Shown in pieces: positions 59,661 through 64,000 of a stretch of DNA of 64,000 bases. Every line of letters begins with the position of its first letter. The first letter of the stretch is position 1. The stretch lies in assembly GCF_009914755.1 (NCBI RefSeq), contig NC_060936.1; one strand, written 5' to 3'. Source of the stretch: the human T2T-CHM13v2.0 reference genome, Homo sapiens. The notes under the pieces were generated by a model. The model was not told the DNA's origin. It ran no database searches and saw only the letters and a list, made by a program, of their open reading frames with translations. A program made the translations under genes and the position numbers.

Positions 59661-61137
59661 AAGACCCTCAAATGTTCATATGAAGTTCATTCGAGAACAC
59701 CGGACAAATTACATGCAGATGATAAATGTTATGTTTCATAATTCCCAACTCACAAGATTGTTTGCATTTAAATGAGAAAGGTTTAGGAAATGACATAAAA
59801 TTATACGTATATTTATTGTTTTCATCATTACTAAGAAATTACCAACTTCGATTTTATAATTTCTTAGTATTCTGTGTGACATTACTTGTGAAGTCATGTT
59901 AATAAATGATAGTTATTGATTATTAAAGAACAGAAAAATAAATAGGTTGCTATTTTTAAGATTAGCTTTGACCTCCTTTTCTATGGAACTTCTGAATATG
60001 ATGAGCAATATAAAAAAGAAGTTAAGTGCTTTGGAAAAAATTTAGAGAATGAAAGTGGTAACCTGCTAATCATGAACCCCTTGCGTAGTAACAGGTAAGA
60101 AAATGGCTCAATTGCCTTAGATACCAGCTTTCTGGAGAAAAGGATAGTTAGTATTGTAAGTGCATGTTAAATTAGTATAGTATATAATTTTACTCCACTG
60201 AAATATATATGAGAAGCTAATTTTTGACTATAATCTGTGGGCTTCCTTTTTATTTGTAATGAAGAAATTCTGAATTACGTAGGGTATTATCAAATTTATA
60301 ATTCACATTTATATGAACACCTCCATATGAGCACCATTTATAAAAAGTTGTTAAAATAATTGCAAAATTAGTTATATCACTTTTAAAAAAGAAGAAAATA
60401 ATCAAGGCATGTTCTGTCTTTACCCAGAAACTAATATGCATGCCTGCGTGAAATTAGATATGAATGGTGATAATATCTAGACACAAAGTCTCCAACTAAA
60501 GGGACTACTTTGAACAAGATCAGCTATAAAATTTAACAAATGCTGCAGACATTTACAACTCTGCACACATATAATGGAACCTGTACCTAATACTTATATT
60601 AAACTGCAAATTTTATGTGGTAAAATGCTATGCCCAATGAATTAGAAATGCCTTTATCAATCTTATGGTGAAAATGAAGACAATCAACAAAAATATTCTA
60701 TTTATTGTAAAGAATAAATAAAGTAAAACATTTATGCCCCACTGACAAAAGCTCATATATGACTTTAAATAACAGGATGGATGCTGCAGACCTGAAGAAG
60801 AACAGGGTTTTCCGATTTTAAAACAACCCCAAATTTCAGTAAGAACAATGGATTATGTTTAAAGTGGTATTAGATGCTAGCCTCATTCAATGGCAGTGCA
60901 ATAAAAACTTTAAAAAAATTGTTGACACTAAAGGCTCATTTTTGAGGCAGATATAGTTATTATGGCTGTAACTCATTGATTCTGTGTGGATTTCATCATG
61001 TAGTAATTTTTCTTCCATTTTAATACGACACACCATCCAAAAAGAAATAGAGTAAGTTTCATATAGCTAATTGTAAGCACTTGAATAGAGCAAAAGTGTG
61101 TTTAAACTGAGAACTGAGATAGAAAAATAATTGAGGG

Positions 61138-61261
61138 TAAAGCATTTAAAAATTATAGAACTGATATGCAATCTTTGTGCGATATACAAGATCTGGATAA
61201 AGCATTTAAAAATTATAGAACTGATATGCAATCTTTGTGCGATATACAAGATCTGGATAAA
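61138..61261. repeat. Perfect 60-bp tandem duplication
   Basis: 61141-61200 is identical to 61201-61260. Confidence 0.97.
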
Positions 61262-62299
61262 AATCAGAGTCATACTACCTTAGGATGGTTATGGTTATTA
61301 GTAAGGTCTGGGTATAAATGCACTAGATCAGTGCCTCCTGACCTTTTGACATAAAGTGTGATGAATGGATTGATTGCCTGATCCCACGTGTTATTGGTCT
61401 ACATGTTTCATTAAGAACACTCTTTGTTTCCACTGACATTACATTTGTATTAAGAAGTTATTACCTTGTTGAGCACTGGCACTTGAAGTAACTGCTAAAT
61501 GTTAGCAGAGTCTCTCTCTTAATTATCTATCATCTATCTGCTTATCAGCAATCTACGTATATTCATAAAGGAATATAGTCTGTTATGAGAAAGATAAGAT
61601 ATATTGATATAATAATTTCTCCCTTTCTCCTGCCTGTAAAGCCTTTTCATCAACACCATATCACCCTCTTCCGTATGTCTCACTACTCATTTTTTGTATA
61701 TATTGTACAATCTATGAAAAAGAGATTTAACTTCTAGTTAAGGCAGTGTTGAAAGAGTCACAAAGATTTCTGACAGATGGAGAAGAGAGGGAATATTTAC
61801 TAGTTATAGGTAGGGCATAAGGCAGAGGTTTAGGGTTTGGCATGTGCTAGGTTTCAGAGTAGATTGGTGGTACTGGAGAATTGGGCACTGGAGATGGGGT
61901 TTTGACTGGTATCGCTATAGGATATGAATGAGATGCCATCTAATGCTTTCAGGAGATGAGAGTACAGTATTTTAATTTTTTAAACCGCTATATTGTTGAA
62001 AACCTGGATCTTAATATCACCCCTGTCTGTCAAAGAAGAACAAAATAAAGAGATGGAGAACCATTTGATGATCCAAAAAGGGTATCAGGTAAGAAGAAAT
62101 ACACATGTGATTAGAGAGATGGGGAAAGAGGGGAAATGATTTAATATTACTTGAAACCAAATTAAATAGCAACAGAAGAGTAGGATCTTGGAGATCACCT
62201 GGAGAAATATGAGTGTGTTGTAACTCCTGAGGAGCATCCAAATCCAACACCATCATTACCTTGCCCCTTTTTAACTGTCCACTTTTGTATCTTTCAAAA

Positions 62300-63145
62300 G
62301 CCATTTGAGCAACTAATTGGTATCTAAAATTTCACAGGTCTAAAATCAAATTCTTGATGTCTACTGTCACCATTTTTATTTCACATTCTCATGTTTTAAC
62401 TATTTCGGTAAATAGTCATTTATTTTTACCAATCACCCAGACCAAAATATATGAAATCATCCTCGACTCTTTTTCACATGCCAGATGCAATTCATCAAAA
62501 AATCCAGTATACTCTATTTTTCTAATACACCTAGCATTTAGCCATTTCTTACTGCCTGCACACTTCTACTTCTCCCTGGAGCATTGCTGTAGTTACTCAC
62601 CTAGTCCTTTAACTTCTGTGTTTGCCCTGACACAGCTGTCAGAAGGATTTGTTTAAAGTATAATCCAGTTCATATTCTACTCTGCTTAAATGCATCAATT
62701 AATTTTATTTTACCTCGAATTAAATCCAAAGTCCTATCAATAGCCTACATATCTTTCATGCGTCTACTCAGTTTTTTGATACCACCTGTTAGTTTTCACG
62801 TCTTTCTTCCCCTGCATTGCCTTTCAGTCTGTCCTCACTGTTCCCTTGCTATTTGTCAGTTACTTCAAACAAACTTCTCAAGCTTTGCAATTGCTATTTC
62901 CTTTGCTTGGAAAGATCTTCCTTAAGATATGTGCATATCTCGATCCCTCAGTTACCATAGGTGAAGTCTTAAAATTTATCCCCGTCTGACGCATTATTTA
63001 CCTGTCTATTTTTCCATCCCCCAACTCTATTGTAAATCTATTGATGCCAGGCATTTTATTTGACTGCTGTACCCCAAGACTCAGAATTATGTTAGACTTA
63101 CAGTGGGCCCTTATTTACTGTGATATTTGTAAATGACTGAATGAT
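62300..63145 (+). mobile_element. L2a 3' region
   Basis: cagaccaaaatatatgaaatcatcctcgactctttt...tttgcaattgctatttcctttgcttggaaag...atatttgtaaatgactgaatga. Confidence 0.8.
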
Positions 63146-63240
63146 TTGTTCACTAGAGCAATATTTTTATTGTATTGCAATTTTTTGTTTGCAATACAAT
63201 TTTTAAAAACCTCAAAATTTTGATTCTTAAGAATAGAGCT

Positions 63241-63712
63241 TGCTTTAGTTTGCGTTATCCAAGAAGTCCTAGAAGCATATGACAAGACGGAATTAAAAGT
63301 ACATGAAAAGTATTTAGGGAAATGCCTGAGATGGATAAGGAGTGAACCAGAGCGGGTGCAGAAAGCCTTCAGACTGAACTGCATGTCTGATTCCTCCGCA
63401 GGAGACGGGAAGGAAGTAGAATCAGGTAAGAAAAATCACAGACTGCATTGTAGTTTCAAGAAAGTGTCAACTGGGCCAATGAGGAATCTTTATGACAGTG
63501 TTGCCATTTAAAGGAGCCTAGTGTCTCACAGCAGTGGGGCTGCCTTATAAGTTCATTGTACTTAGTAATTGGTGAGAGCAGCCTGGAAAACATGGAAAAC
63601 GTGACCCAGGAACAAATGTGATGGTAGATCCGGAAGGGCAGCAGCTGGGGTCATCAGTCAGTTAGCTTCCCTGCAGCAGGAGATCTTAACAGCACATTGT
63701 CATAGACGCCAC
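63241..63712 (-). mobile_element. ERVL solo LTR (LTR16B-like), possibly with a short internal remnant to about 63770
   Basis: agggaaatgcctgagatggataagg...agccttcagact...gaagggcagcagctgggg...gccaca. Confidence 0.7.
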
Positions 63713-64000
63713 AGGGTCTAGTTTCTACACCTACAGATTCTACCTCACACATGACCAAATCAGAGAGCACATGAATAATAATATTGCCACTGCCAAGGAT
63801 GCTGCTCCCTGCTCTTCGCCTGTGTTATCCTATTTTCCCAGACCAATTTCAAGTCATAGAATCAAATTCCATGAAAATTTCTGCAAGCTGACCCTGTTCG
63901 TAATAGCATCTCTTTTACTAGAAATGTTAAATATATTAGCTACATTAGCTCGTATTCATTTGGCATCAACATGAATATGAATATTTAACATATGAAGGCC

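Noticed and set aside
61138-61261. CRISPR-like or spacer-containing array
   Set aside because: Only two adjacent copies with no spacers, in eukaryotic DNA.

Overview
AT-rich, repeat-dense primate genomic DNA. An L1PA2-type LINE-1 and AluY elements point to human or another great ape, and the window looks like a gene desert or a very long intron. I find no host protein-coding gene, rRNA, tRNA or CRISPR array. Every long ORF is a broken LINE-1 ORF2 piece or a chance ORF in Alu, LTR or low-complexity DNA. Contents: a 5'-truncated dead L1PA2-like element (3124-7060), several older antisense L1s, six Alu loci, many MaLR/ERV LTRs (including a two-LTR MST provirus and an ERV1 LTR nested in an MSTA LTR), MER1A and Tigger3 DNA transposons, L2/MIR/CR1 relics and microsatellites. 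Subfamily names come from my recollection of consensus sequences, not from a RepeatMasker run. I cannot support a genuinely new biological system. The best leads are: (1) a zero-length-exon (recursive splice site) motif at 25281/25282 in repeat-free DNA; (2) a CpG-retaining, motif-rich, repeat-free block at about 42.8-44.4 kb that resembles a conserved enhancer; (3) an L1PA8 split cleanly by a 1.44-kb insert with a hairpin filler; (4) a chimeric three-monomer Alu inside a single target-site duplication (TSD); (5) a perfect palindromic oestrogen response element; and (6) an exact 60-bp tandem duplication that may be an artefact.
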